From positions 2,407 through 66,406 of the forward strand of contig DASYQV010000170.1 in assembly GCA_036005125.1 (NCBI GenBank): DNA of 64,000 bases. The letters are read 5' to 3'. The notes below the pieces were generated by a model, which did not search any database, was not told the origin of the DNA, and saw only the letters and a list, made by a program, of their open reading frames with translations. Below, one piece after another: positions 1-7,529 of this stretch. The position numbers were made by a program, and so were the translations under genes. The stretch comes from Vicinamibacterales bacterium. GTDB lineage: Bacteria; Acidobacteriota; Vicinamibacteria; Vicinamibacterales; UBA2999. Positions within the stretch are counted from its first letter, which is position 1. Each line of letters begins with the position of its first letter.

Positions 1-162
1 TCGGCTCTTCTCCGGGTAGATCAGACCATCGAAGCTGTCCTCGAGGCCGAGGACTTTCATGCCGGCGAGGTGTGCTCCTTTGACCACGGCGCGGATGACG
101 GCATTCAGGCCCGGAGCATCCCCGCCTCCGGTGAGTACGCCGATCTTCTTGACAGTTGGCAT
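1..162 (-). CDS. pfkA: ATP-dependent 6-phosphofructokinase, N-terminal 54 codons (gene continues beyond window start)
   Basis: Reverse translation from the ATG at 160-162 gives MPTVKKIGVLTGGGDAPGLNAVIRAVVKGAHLAGMKVLGLEDSFDGLI, the canonical PFK GGDAPG N-terminus. It is absent from the ORF track because it runs off the edge. Confidence 0.8.
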   Translation of the reverse strand, partial: MPTVKKIGVLTGGGDAPGLNAVIRAVVKGAHLAGMKVLGLEDSFDGLIYPEKSR

Positions 163-377
163 TCGTCGGACGTCGAAGGCGTGTGCGAAAGTGCAGCAGA
201 TCCAGCAGCAGGAACGAGTATAGCATCGCCATCTGGATGGGCCTCGCTGCGTTGCGGGGGTCTCATCTGCATGCTAGACTTGGAGTTCGTGTCGCGCGGT
301 CAGTCCGCCTCTGTTCTTCCGGAACGGCTTGACGCCGTTCCTTGTGTGAGGCCGCGTTGCACGTCGCAATCACAACC

Positions 378-453
<76 letters not shown>

Positions 454-465
454 AATTTGCTCAGG

Positions 466-492
466 AAAAAGTCGTCTTCGGACGGCTTTTTT
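466..492 (+). terminator. Rho-independent terminator after tRNA-Ala
   Basis: AAAAGTCGTC-TTCG-GACGGCTTTTTT hairpin (one G.U pair) followed by a T-tract, 13 nt after the CCA. Confidence 0.8.
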
Positions 493-588
493 GTGTGTAC
501 GGGATTGTTCGAGCGTTTTTGTGGCCAATTTGTGCCAGCGAATCGAACGTCTCGAGCGCGGCGATGCGGCGCTCGAGCGTGTTGCTTT

Positions 589-1107
589 TTATTTCTTCCG
601 CGTCGCGAGGTCGTAGATCAGACCGCCGAGGCCTCCGGCTGCAGCGCCGATGCCCGCGCCCTTCTTCCCGCCGGTGAGGGCGCCGACCGCGGTACCCGCG
701 CCGGCGCTGCCGCCGATGATGAGAAGCTCCTTTTCCCACGACCGATGCCGTGTTGGAGGCCGCTCGACTTGCCGTTCGACCACCACGGGTGCCTGGACGA
801 GCTGCTGGCGCGTCGCGCTCTGCTGCAGCGCAACGGGATGCAACGCGCCTCGATCATTTAGGTAGATGGCATGCGGTTCCGCCGCCTGTCGATCCGGAAT
901 GATCAGTTCGGCCCGACTACCGTCGGGTAGCGTCACAGGCACGACCGTGCCACGCAGCGCGCCGTCGGACGTGCGGATTTGACCCCGATACGCGTCCGTG
1001 ATGCCGTACTGCCGCTCGAGCTGCTGGGGTGATACCGCTTGGACATCGCGCGAGCAGCTCGAAGAGACGAGGCTTCCCAACAACAACAGCGACAGGGCTG
1101 CCCTCAT
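589..1107 (-). CDS. Lipoprotein with C-terminal glycine-zipper (YMGG-like) segment
   Basis: Start is placed at the internal ATG (MRAALSLLLLGSLVSSSC lipobox), preceded by GGAGGAG 8 nt upstream. The C-terminus is LLIIGGSAGAGTAVGALTGGKKGAGIGAAAGGLGGLIYDL. The longer track ORF (to 1242) has no support. Confidence 0.6.
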   Translation of the reverse strand: MRAALSLLLLGSLVSSSCSRDVQAVSPQQLERQYGITDAYRGQIRTSDGALRGTVVPVTLPDGSRAELIIPDRQAAEPHAIYLNDRGALHPVALQQSATRQQLVQAPVVVERQVERPPTRHRSWEKELLIIGGSAGAGTAVGALTGGKKGAGIGAAAGGLGGLIYDLATRKK

Positions 1108-1381
1108 GGCCACGCTCCTCCCGCCTGGTGTTGTGCACGTTATGTGCCGAGCGTCCTTGGAAGAAACGTCTCCGGGAGGGCCGCCGCGCGGCTCACCGGT
1201 TCTGCGGAACGACCTCCGGCCACCCGTCGTTCCTCGTGCCACGAGACCATGAATGCGGGGATGGCGGCCGTCACGATAAATGCCATCGACCGCGTCCTTA
1301 ACAAGTCGTCGTGACGATCTCCAGCGCGCGGGCCTCCGCCTTGCAATGATGAACGGACGTGCGTATTGCGGAGGCTAACAG

Positions 1382-1645
1382 ATGAGCATTCTCGGGTGGA
1401 TTCTCTTCGGTCTGATCGTCGGTGCCCTGGCCAAGTTGGTCATGCCCGGCCGCGACCCAGGCGGCATTATCGTGACGATGCTGCTTGGCATTGCCGGCGC
1501 ACTACTGGGCGGTTTCCTCGGGCGTGCCTTCGGCATGTACGGTGAGGGTGATGCGGCTGGTTTCGTGATGTCGTTCATCGGCGCCGTGATACTGCTCGCG
1601 CTTTACCGAATGGTGGTAGGCAGGAGCTCCGTCGCCCGGCCATAG
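1382..1645 (+). CDS. GlsB/YeaQ/YmgE family stress-response membrane protein (transglycosylase-associated)
   Basis: 87 aa with three Gly-rich TM helices. MSILGWILFGLIVGALAKLVMPGRDPGGIIVTMLLGIAGALLGGFLG is the family signature. Confidence 0.85.
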   Translation: MSILGWILFGLIVGALAKLVMPGRDPGGIIVTMLLGIAGALLGGFLGRAFGMYGEGDAAGFVMSFIGAVILLALYRMVVGRSSVARP

Positions 1646-1752
1646 CTGGCCGGGACTCCGGGCCCGCGGCCCGCGGGGGGGTGATTCACGCCACGAGTCC
1701 TCACACGCCACGTTCTTGACACCCCGGAATAGGCACGGCCAGAATAACGGCC

Positions 1753-2130
1753 GTGCCTGTTCCCCGCATCACTCGCGAAGATCTGAAAGCCAAGCTTGAA
1801 AGCGTCGACCCCGTGGCGCGGCCGGTGCTGCTCGACGTACGGCTGAAGTACCCGTTCGAGCACAGTACGATGAAGCTGCCCGGCGCGATCCGCATGCTGC
1901 CACCCGCGGTCGACCTGGCGCTGCTTCCTCGAGACCGCGAGATCGTGGCCTACGACTCCGACCCTGACGAGCTCGTCAGCTCCGGCGTTGCCGCCACACT
2001 CATCAAAGCGGGCTACCGCGCCAGCGCCCTCAAAGGGGGCATCGTCGATTGGCTCGCGGCGAACTTTCCTACCGAGTCGAAGGACGCGCCGAAGCAGGCC
2101 GCGCCCGAACCCGGTTCACTCAAGGGTTAG
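1753..2130 (+). CDS. Rhodanese-homology domain protein (catalytic Cys replaced by Asp)
   Basis: LLDVR...FEH..KLPGAIRM...EIVAYDSDPDELVSSGVAATLIKAGY...LKGGIVDW matches the rhodanese fold. The active-site position reads YD instead of YC. GTG start. Confidence 0.7.
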   Translation: MPVPRITREDLKAKLESVDPVARPVLLDVRLKYPFEHSTMKLPGAIRMLPPAVDLALLPRDREIVAYDSDPDELVSSGVAATLIKAGYRASALKGGIVDWLAANFPTESKDAPKQAAPEPGSLKG

Positions 2131-2162
2131 GTTGCCCGACAAGGGCGGATGGAAACCAGAAC

Positions 2163-2340
2163 CTTCGTGACACTAACGCGCTGAACTTTGTTTTTGACAA
2201 GAAGCGCGTTAGTGTCACTAGCGTGACAGCGCCCTTGGGGCACAGCGCGGCCAACGCAGGAGACGTTGTCATTGTTTGGTTGCGGCGTTGGCCGCGCTGT
2301 GCCCTTGGTGTGCTTCGTGGCTGATAAGCTTCGTGGTTGT
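2163..2340. repeat. REP-like element (CACAGCGCGGCCA family), copy a, plus 15-bp-stem hairpin
   Basis: Hairpin GTGACACTAACGCGC (2167-2181) / GCGCGTTAGTGTCAC (2204-2218). Inverted repeat CACAGCGCGGCCAACGC (2241-2257) / GCGTTGGCCGCGCTGTG (2285-2301) with a CAACCAAAC-type loop. CTTCGTGG tail. The reverse complement aligns with the copy at 44838-44990. Confidence 0.85.
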
Positions 2341-2370
2341 CGTCCCCGCGTCGCGCGCTAGCCTTCGGCG

Positions 2371-3660
2371 ATGTTCGACTCCTCAACCATCCCCCTCGGC
2401 CGCGCGCACGTACTGGCCTCCTCAATCCGGCGCGAAATGTGGGACGCGGGCGTCGATCCGGAACTGGTGACACCGGTCGGCAGGCTGCGGCGGTTCGCGC
2501 CGGCGGTCTCCGAAGTCTCGCTGCTGGCGACGGTCCCTGTGCCGGACCAGCCGCGCGTGTTGGACGCGTTCACCCGACTTCCGTCATCTCGACGCGTCGT
2601 GTCACGGGGTCCGACCAGCGTCACGGTGATGACGGATCGTGGGCCGACGACGCTGCACGTTGCGGACCACGAGGTAACGGGAGCCGCGCTCGTCTGGCTG
2701 ACCGGATCGCGGGCGCATGTCCACCAGCTCGCCGCACTGGCTGCCCGCGAGGGTCTCCGGTTTGCGGACGCCCGGCTGTTCGACCGCGATAACCGGATCG
2801 TGGAGATCGAATCCGAGGAGACGCTGTATGCGCGGGTCGGTCTGTCCTACATCGCGCCGGAGCTTCGGGAAGGACAGGGAGAGATCGAGGCCGCGCGCGA
2901 GGGATGGCTGCCGCAGCTCGTGACCGAGCTTCACATCCGGGGCGACCTGCACATGCACACGTCGTGGAGCGACGGACGCGACTCGTCCGAGCAGATGGTG
3001 CGGGCAAGCCTCGCGCTCGGGTACGAATACATCGCCATCACCGACCATTCCGAGCGCGCCTGGTCCAGCCGCAAGCTCTCGCTCGAGGACGTTCCCGCAC
3101 AACGTGCCGAGATCGAGGAGATTCGTGCACGCTATCCGACGATCCGGATCCTGCACGGCATCGAGGTCGACATCATGAAAGACGGGACACTCGATTTCGA
3201 TGATACGGTGCTGGCGGGTTTCGACATCGTGCTGGCGTCGCTGCACGATCACGGAGGCCAGTCGGGCCCTGAGCTCATGGAACGGTACCTGGGCGCGATG
3301 CGGAGCCCGTTTGTCGACGTGATCACGCACCCGGCTGGCCGCTCGCCCGGTCAATGGTCCGGGTACGATCTCGATTGGGAGATCCTGTTCGTTGCGGCCG
3401 CCGAGACGGGAACGGCCATGGAGATTGACGGTGCGCCGGGACACCTGGACATGGACGGCGCCGTTGCGCGGCGTGCCGCCGCCGCTGGCGTGACCGTCGT
3501 AATCGATAGTGACTGTCACCGCGCCGAGTGGCTGCGCCGTCAGATGCGATTCGGCGTCGGCACGGCCCGCCGCGGCTGGCTCGAGCCGCAGCACGTCCTG
3601 AACGCGCGCCCGGTCCAGCAGATCGAGGCGTTCGTAGCGCGCAAGCGCGCGCGTCGCTGA
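2371..3660 (+). CDS. PolX-like protein lacking the N-terminal 8-kDa/fingers region and polymerase catalytic Asp residues; intact PHP phosphoesterase domain
   Basis: Aligns by eye to residues ~190-570 of the full PolX at 18420-20159. GRLRRFAPAVSEVSLLA stands against GSLRRGCETCGDIDILA. Shared YIAPELREGQGEIEAA, GDLHMHTSWSDGRD, YIAITDHS, GIEVDI, SLH, HP and DSDCH PHP motifs. Confidence 0.85.
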   Translation: MFDSSTIPLGRAHVLASSIRREMWDAGVDPELVTPVGRLRRFAPAVSEVSLLATVPVPDQPRVLDAFTRLPSSRRVVSRGPTSVTVMTDRGPTTLHVADHEVTGAALVWLTGSRAHVHQLAALAAREGLRFADARLFDRDNRIVEIESEETLYARVGLSYIAPELREGQGEIEAAREGWLPQLVTELHIRGDLHMHTSWSDGRDSSEQMVRASLALGYEYIAITDHSERAWSSRKLSLEDVPAQRAEIEEIRARYPTIRILHGIEVDIMKDGTLDFDDTVLAGFDIVLASLHDHGGQSGPELMERYLGAMRSPFVDVITHPAGRSPGQWSGYDLDWEILFVAAAETGTAMEIDGAPGHLDMDGAVARRAAAAGVTVVIDSDCHRAEWLRRQMRFGVGTARRGWLEPQHVLNARPVQQIEAFVARKRARR

Positions 3661-3722
3661 CACAGCGCGGCCACGGCCGCAACCAAACCATAATCCGGTG
3701 AGCGGCCGTGGCCGCGCTGTGT
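3661..3722. repeat. REP-like element (CACAGCGCGGCCA family), copy b
   Basis: CACAGCGCGGCCACGGCCGCAACCAAACC...GGCCGTGGCCGCGCTGTG begins directly at the stop of the preceding gene. Confidence 0.85.
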
Positions 3723-3753
3723 CGAAACCTGCGTTTGCTAGAGATACTGTGCG

Positions 3754-3814
3754 GCAGCGAAGCGGAGCCTATTCGCCGCATGGTTCTCGGCGGTTTGAGG
3801 CGGAGCTTCGCTGC
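3754..3814. repeat. Hairpin module E (GCAGCGAAGCGGAGCC...GGCGGAGCTTCGCTGC)
   Basis: Stems of ~16 nt. The same module occurs at 36362-36419. Confidence 0.75.
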
Positions 3815-3916
3815 TTGTAATAACCCCGAGTCGCTGGCGATAATCGTAGCGGTACTCGGCCTCTGGGTCGGATCCCACTTCATCGGAATCGGGCTAGGGG
3901 GTTCAGGCTTCGGGCT

Positions 3917-4492
3917 CTACTCGGGAACATCTTCCCAGAGGAGGGACAGATCCAGATCGATTGCGTCAAACGGCTCCGCACGAACGACGGTGAGGCCAGA
4001 CCAGGTCGAGAGAATCATCCAGCGACCGCCTTCGAGACGGAGGACCTCGAGCGTCCGGGCGATCGGGTCGATCAACCAGGCGTGCGACACACCTTCGCGT
4101 GCATAAATCGGGAGCTTCTTGACACGGTCCATCCGTGCGGTCGACGGCGAGACGACCTCGCAGATCCAGTTTGGCGCCAGCGGAAAATACGCTTCCTCCG
4201 GGAGCCGCGGCATTCGTTCGCGTCGCCAGCCGGCGACATCCGGCACGAGGATATCGGCTCCGAGGTGCAGCTCGGGCTCGCCGAGGATTCGCCAACCTCC
4301 GGGACCGCTACGACCACGATCGAACGGGCCGTGCAACGCTCCAACAAGGCCTGAACTCGCCTCCGCATGCCGGGGTGCCGGACGCGGAGACGTGTAGAGC
4401 TCGCCGTCGAGAATCTCGGCCACGAGATGGTCGGGCACCTTCATGAGATCCTCATAGGTCGCCGGAGTGCGGGTCCGATCGGACTGCGCCAC
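3917..4492 (-). CDS. Uma2 family (DUF820) putative restriction-endonuclease-fold protein
   Basis: ATYEDLMKVPD...AEILDGELY, ILVPDVAGW, PNWICEVVSPST...D..KKLPIYAREGVSHAWLIDP. Start is taken at the GTG at 4492; ATG at 4444 or 4570 is also possible. Confidence 0.8.
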   Translation of the reverse strand: MAQSDRTRTPATYEDLMKVPDHLVAEILDGELYTSPRPAPRHAEASSGLVGALHGPFDRGRSGPGGWRILGEPELHLGADILVPDVAGWRRERMPRLPEEAYFPLAPNWICEVVSPSTARMDRVKKLPIYAREGVSHAWLIDPIARTLEVLRLEGGRWMILSTWSGLTVVRAEPFDAIDLDLSLLWEDVPE

Positions 4493-4527
4493 CCGGCGAG
4501 GATAGCACGCCAGAGTGATGGCACCGC

Positions 4528-6537
4528 ATGTCAGGCCTGAAACCTGAAGCCCGTAGCCTGAAGCCGGCACCCGACACCGACGCTGCCCACGTCGTCGTTG
4601 CCGCAGTGGTTACCACGATCGCTTTCTGGACGTACATGCGTACGCTCCTACCCGGCGTGGATCTTGGCGATACCGGCGGCTTCCAGGCGGCGGTGCTGTG
4701 GCCCGAGATCAGCGCGCGTCAGGCATACCCCCTCTACTATTTCCTCGCCAGGCCGTTTGTCCTCGCAACGGCCCCTCATCATCCGGCAATCGCCCTGAAC
4801 CTCTTTTCCGCGGTGTGCGCGGGGCTCGCCGTCGGCCTGCTCACCTGGGTGACGGCGGCTGTCTCTCGATCCGTAGCAGGCGGGGCGGTCGCGGGATTGT
4901 TCCTGCTGTTCTCGTACACCTTTTGGCACCAGGCGATCATTGCGGAAGTCTATGCCCTTCACCTGATGCTCGTCGGCATGTGCCTGGTCGCGTTGCTCGC
5001 GTACGAGCGGCGCCGGACTAGGGCGCGCCTTGCGGCCTTCTTCGTCATGTACGCGCTCTCGTTCGGCAACCACCTGTCGATGATCCTTCTGCTCGTGCCG
5101 TTCGCCGTGTTTCTGCTGATGACGATGAGCCGGCCGTCGGAGCTTTTCCGGCCGTCGACTGTTCGCATGGCGCTGCTCATCGCCGGCGCCGGGGCGCTGC
5201 AGTACCTGCCGAATCTGGTGGCGCTCTGGAGGGATCTCGACTCGCCCGAGCGGTGGACGGACAAGCTGGCAGCGTTCTGGTTCGACACAACCAAGGCGGA
5301 CTGGCGCGAGTTGATGGTGCTTGGCGTGGGCCCGGACCAGACGCTCGATCATCTGGCCATGTTCTTCTTCGACCTGCGCCAGCAATTCGGGATATCTGGC
5401 GTTCTGCTCGCCTTCGCGGGCGCCGTGGCGCTGTGGCGCACACGCAGGCCGTGGGGCGCACTCGTCGTGCTCGCGTATGGCATCAACACGATATTTGCGC
5501 TCACCTATAACGTGGGTGACGCCCACGTCTTCTTTCTGCCCGGCCACTACTTTGTCGCGCTTGCGGCGGGGTACGGCGTGGCGACGGTCGTGCGGATGCG
5601 GCGCGGTGGCGCAGCGCGGGCGGTGGCGATTGTCGCAACCCTCGCTGCAATCGGGTACATTGGCTGGCGCGCGTACGACACCTGGCCCGTGGCCGATCGT
5701 CACGCCGACCGGCGTGGCGAACAGCTCGCCGAACGACTGCTCTTCGGACTCGATGAGCGCCGCGACCTGCTCGTCACGCAGCTCGACTGGCAGGTTGAAA
5801 ACGCGATCCTGTACCGGACGCGCTATCACACGCGACATGTCGTCTGGATCCGCCTTCCAGACGTCATGCTGCACTTTCCCTTCCTCGTTCGAGACAATCA
5901 GGCCATCGGCCGCGACATCGTGCTGACGCCGGGTGCCGCCGCGCAGGTGGCCGAAGCGTTCGGACCCCTCTTCCCGCTGGCCATCGACGACACGCTTCCA
6001 ACGCCGACGCTGGCATCCGTTGCGGCGCGCATTCCCCGAGGGGCGCCGTACGTACTTGCGCTCTTGACGCCTCCGCGCGAAGAGCAGCTTGATCCGGAGA
6101 TGTTTGGAGCCGCATTGATACAACTCGCCGGCGGTCGTCCCCCGGCCCGGGATCCGTCGGTGTACGAGGTGGTTGCGGGTCTCGCGGGCGAGGCTCCGAC
6201 TTACTATCGGTCCGCAGCCCGGCCGTTCCGCGAACGGATCAGTTTGGAAGACGCGACGCTCGATGTACGCATGGAGTCGTGGCTTCCGACCGAGACCTTC
6301 CGGCGTGGCGGCTTCGGCCACGTCGTTCGCAACCACCGCCACGTGGCCGCGCTGGAGCGCGGGGTGAATCTCGTCTGGTTCGACGGCCGCGGCGAGCCCT
6401 CGACACCCTTCTATGCCGCCGGTCTCTACGCTCCCCAACCACGGCTGCGGCTCCTGGCCGAGGGTGCGCCGTCCGTTGCACGGCTGGCGTCGTCACAAGC
6501 AGTAGGTCAAAGGTCAAAGGGCAAAGGTCAAAGGTAA
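4528..6537 (+). CDS. DUF2723/TMEM260-like polytopic membrane protein (GT-C-type glycosyltransferase fold)
   Basis: N-terminal LLPGVDLGDTGGFQAAVLW...AYPLYYFLARPF motif followed by about 10 TM helices. The first 12 codons lie in CCTGAAR heptamers, so the start may be the GTG at 4606. The last ~12 codons (QRSKGKGQR) are read from the GGTCAAA repeat. Confidence 0.7.
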   Translation: MSGLKPEARSLKPAPDTDAAHVVVAAVVTTIAFWTYMRTLLPGVDLGDTGGFQAAVLWPEISARQAYPLYYFLARPFVLATAPHHPAIALNLFSAVCAGLAVGLLTWVTAAVSRSVAGGAVAGLFLLFSYTFWHQAIIAEVYALHLMLVGMCLVALLAYERRRTRARLAAFFVMYALSFGNHLSMILLLVPFAVFLLMTMSRPSELFRPSTVRMALLIAGAGALQYLPNLVALWRDLDSPERWTDKLAAFWFDTTKADWRELMVLGVGPDQTLDHLAMFFFDLRQQFGISGVLLAFAGAVALWRTRRPWGALVVLAYGINTIFALTYNVGDAHVFFLPGHYFVALAAGYGVATVVRMRRGGAARAVAIVATLAAIGYIGWRAYDTWPVADRHADRRGEQLAERLLFGLDERRDLLVTQLDWQVENAILYRTRYHTRHVVWIRLPDVMLHFPFLVRDNQAIGRDIVLTPGAAAQVAEAFGPLFPLAIDDTLPTPTLASVAARIPRGAPYVLALLTPPREEQLDPEMFGAALIQLAGGRPPARDPSVYEVVAGLAGEAPTYYRSAARPFRERISLEDATLDVRMESWLPTETFRRGGFGHVVRNHRHVAALERGVNLVWFDGRGEPSTPFYAAGLYAPQPRLRLLAEGAPSVARLASSQAVGQRSKGKGQR

Positions 6538-6751
6538 GGTCAAAGGTGTAAGTCAAAGGTCCAGCTAAAAGGTATAAGGTTAGGTCCAAGGCAACAGTCG
6601 GATCCTCTTGCGAGACGGCTGCGGCACGTACGCTGCCTTTGCCCTTTGCCCCTTTGACCTTTGAACCTTTGCCCTTTGACCTCTGACCCTTGACCTTTGA
6701 CCTTTGACCCTTGACCTTTGACCTCTGACCCTTGACCTTTGACCTTTGACC
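6505..6751. repeat. Tandem-heptamer palindrome, GGTCAAA type, locus R1
   Basis: Left arm is (GGTCAAA/GGGCAAA/GGTAAGG...)n to ~6590. After a ~45-nt spacer the right arm is (TTTGCCC/TTTGACC/CTTGACC)n from 6635 to 6751. Confidence 0.95.
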
Positions 6752-6753
6752 TC

Positions 6754-6777
6754 AGGCCGCATCTAAAGATGCGGCCT
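6754..6777. repeat. AGGCCGCATCT-N-AGATGCGGCCT hairpin family copy
   Basis: AGGCCGCATCTAAAGATGCGGCCT. Related copies are at 31323-31437 and 55578-55600. Confidence 0.85.
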
Positions 6778-6824
6778 GCGTGCTATCGTAGATTCAGCTT
6801 GCCTGTCTGATGCGAACCTGAGCC

Positions 6825-7529
6825 ATGGTGCGATACTTCCCCATTGTGCTGACGCTGTGTCTTCTGCCGATGGCGGCCGCCGGGGTCCCCAACGCGCGTG
6901 TTTTGCGCGCTGGGGTGGAAGGCGCGCAGTCGAGGCCCGCTCCCGAAGCGCTCGCGCGCTCGCTGCAGCAGCGATACGAAGGAATCAAGGATTTCTCGGC
7001 TGATTTCGTCCACACGTACCGAGGCGGCGTCCTGCGACAGCAGGCCAAGGAGCAGGGCACGGTCACGGTGAAGAAGCCCGGCAAGATGCGCTGGAACTAC
7101 ACGACCCCCGAAAAGAAGATGTTCGTCTCCGACGGGGTCAAGATCTATTCCTACGTCCCGCAGGACAAGCAGGTGATGGTCGCGAAGGTCCCGTCCGCCG
7201 ACGAAGCGACCACGCCGGCGATGTTCCTCGCGGGAAAGGGTGATATCGCCAGGGACTTCAAGGCGAGCTACGCGGACGACAGGGCCTCGGGCGGTCTATA
7301 TGCGTTGAAGCTGGTGCCCCGCCGGCCGGAGCCGGAATACGAATCCCTCATTGTCATCGTGGATCCCCAGTCGCTCCAGATTCGCGCGCTCACGACATTC
7401 GACACGCAGGGAGGCGAGTCGACGTTCACGTTCAACAACATGAAGGAAAACCAGGGAGTGTCCGATAAGGAGTTCGCGTTCCGCATTCCGCGCGGCGTCG
7501 ACGTGATTACCGATGGCGCATCGAGGTGA
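6825..7529 (+). CDS. lolA: Outer-membrane lipoprotein carrier protein LolA
   Basis: Signal peptide, then LQQRYEGIKDFSADF...GTVTVKKPGKMRWNYTTPEKKMFVSDGVKIYSYVPQDKQV...LKLVPR...FTFNNMKEN, the LolA domain pattern. Confidence 0.85.
   Translation: MVRYFPIVLTLCLLPMAAAGVPNARVLRAGVEGAQSRPAPEALARSLQQRYEGIKDFSADFVHTYRGGVLRQQAKEQGTVTVKKPGKMRWNYTTPEKKMFVSDGVKIYSYVPQDKQVMVAKVPSADEATTPAMFLAGKGDIARDFKASYADDRASGGLYALKLVPRRPEPEYESLIVIVDPQSLQIRALTTFDTQGGESTFTFNNMKENQGVSDKEFAFRIPRGVDVITDGASR

Noticed and set aside
4924-4945. TGGCAC...TTGC string resembling a sigma-54 -24/-12 promoter.
   Set aside because: Spacing between the GG and GC elements is wrong (about 11 nt instead of 5 between the hexamers), and it lies inside the DUF2723 coding region.
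4648-6438. Very long ORFs antisense to, or out of frame with, well-supported genes. Examples: 4648-6438(-), 10261-11631(-), 12281-13543(-), 13488-15059(+), 18414-20024(-), 26180-27481(+), 31386-32663(+), 33191-34420(+), 36109-37332(+), 37386-38525(-), 39644-41095(+), 40668-42377(+), 46096-47481(+), 47487-49301(+), 53409-54683(-), 57088-57957(-), 58828-59997(-).
   Set aside because: These are typical shadow ORFs of high-GC DNA. Their translations are Arg/Pro/Gly/Ala-rich with no recognisable motifs, while the opposite or alternative frame carries unmistakable family signatures (MurA, MurB, Mpl, PolX, Ffh, RibBA, FtsY, GpsA, CinA, NtrX/Y, GroEL and others).
6580-6762. ORFs whose products are perfect 7-residue peptide repeats. 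Examples: KGQRSRVRGQRSRV at 6580-6762, NQESGIRNQESGIR at 23278-23739/23282-23530, and HKSQITNHKSQ extensions of the ORFs at 37454-38590, 42320-42916 and 26186-28363.
   Set aside because: They are six-frame read-through of the 7-nt tandem DNA repeats; 7 nt x 3 frames gives a 7-aa period. The true genes start or stop at conserved N- or C-termini outside or at the edge of the arrays.
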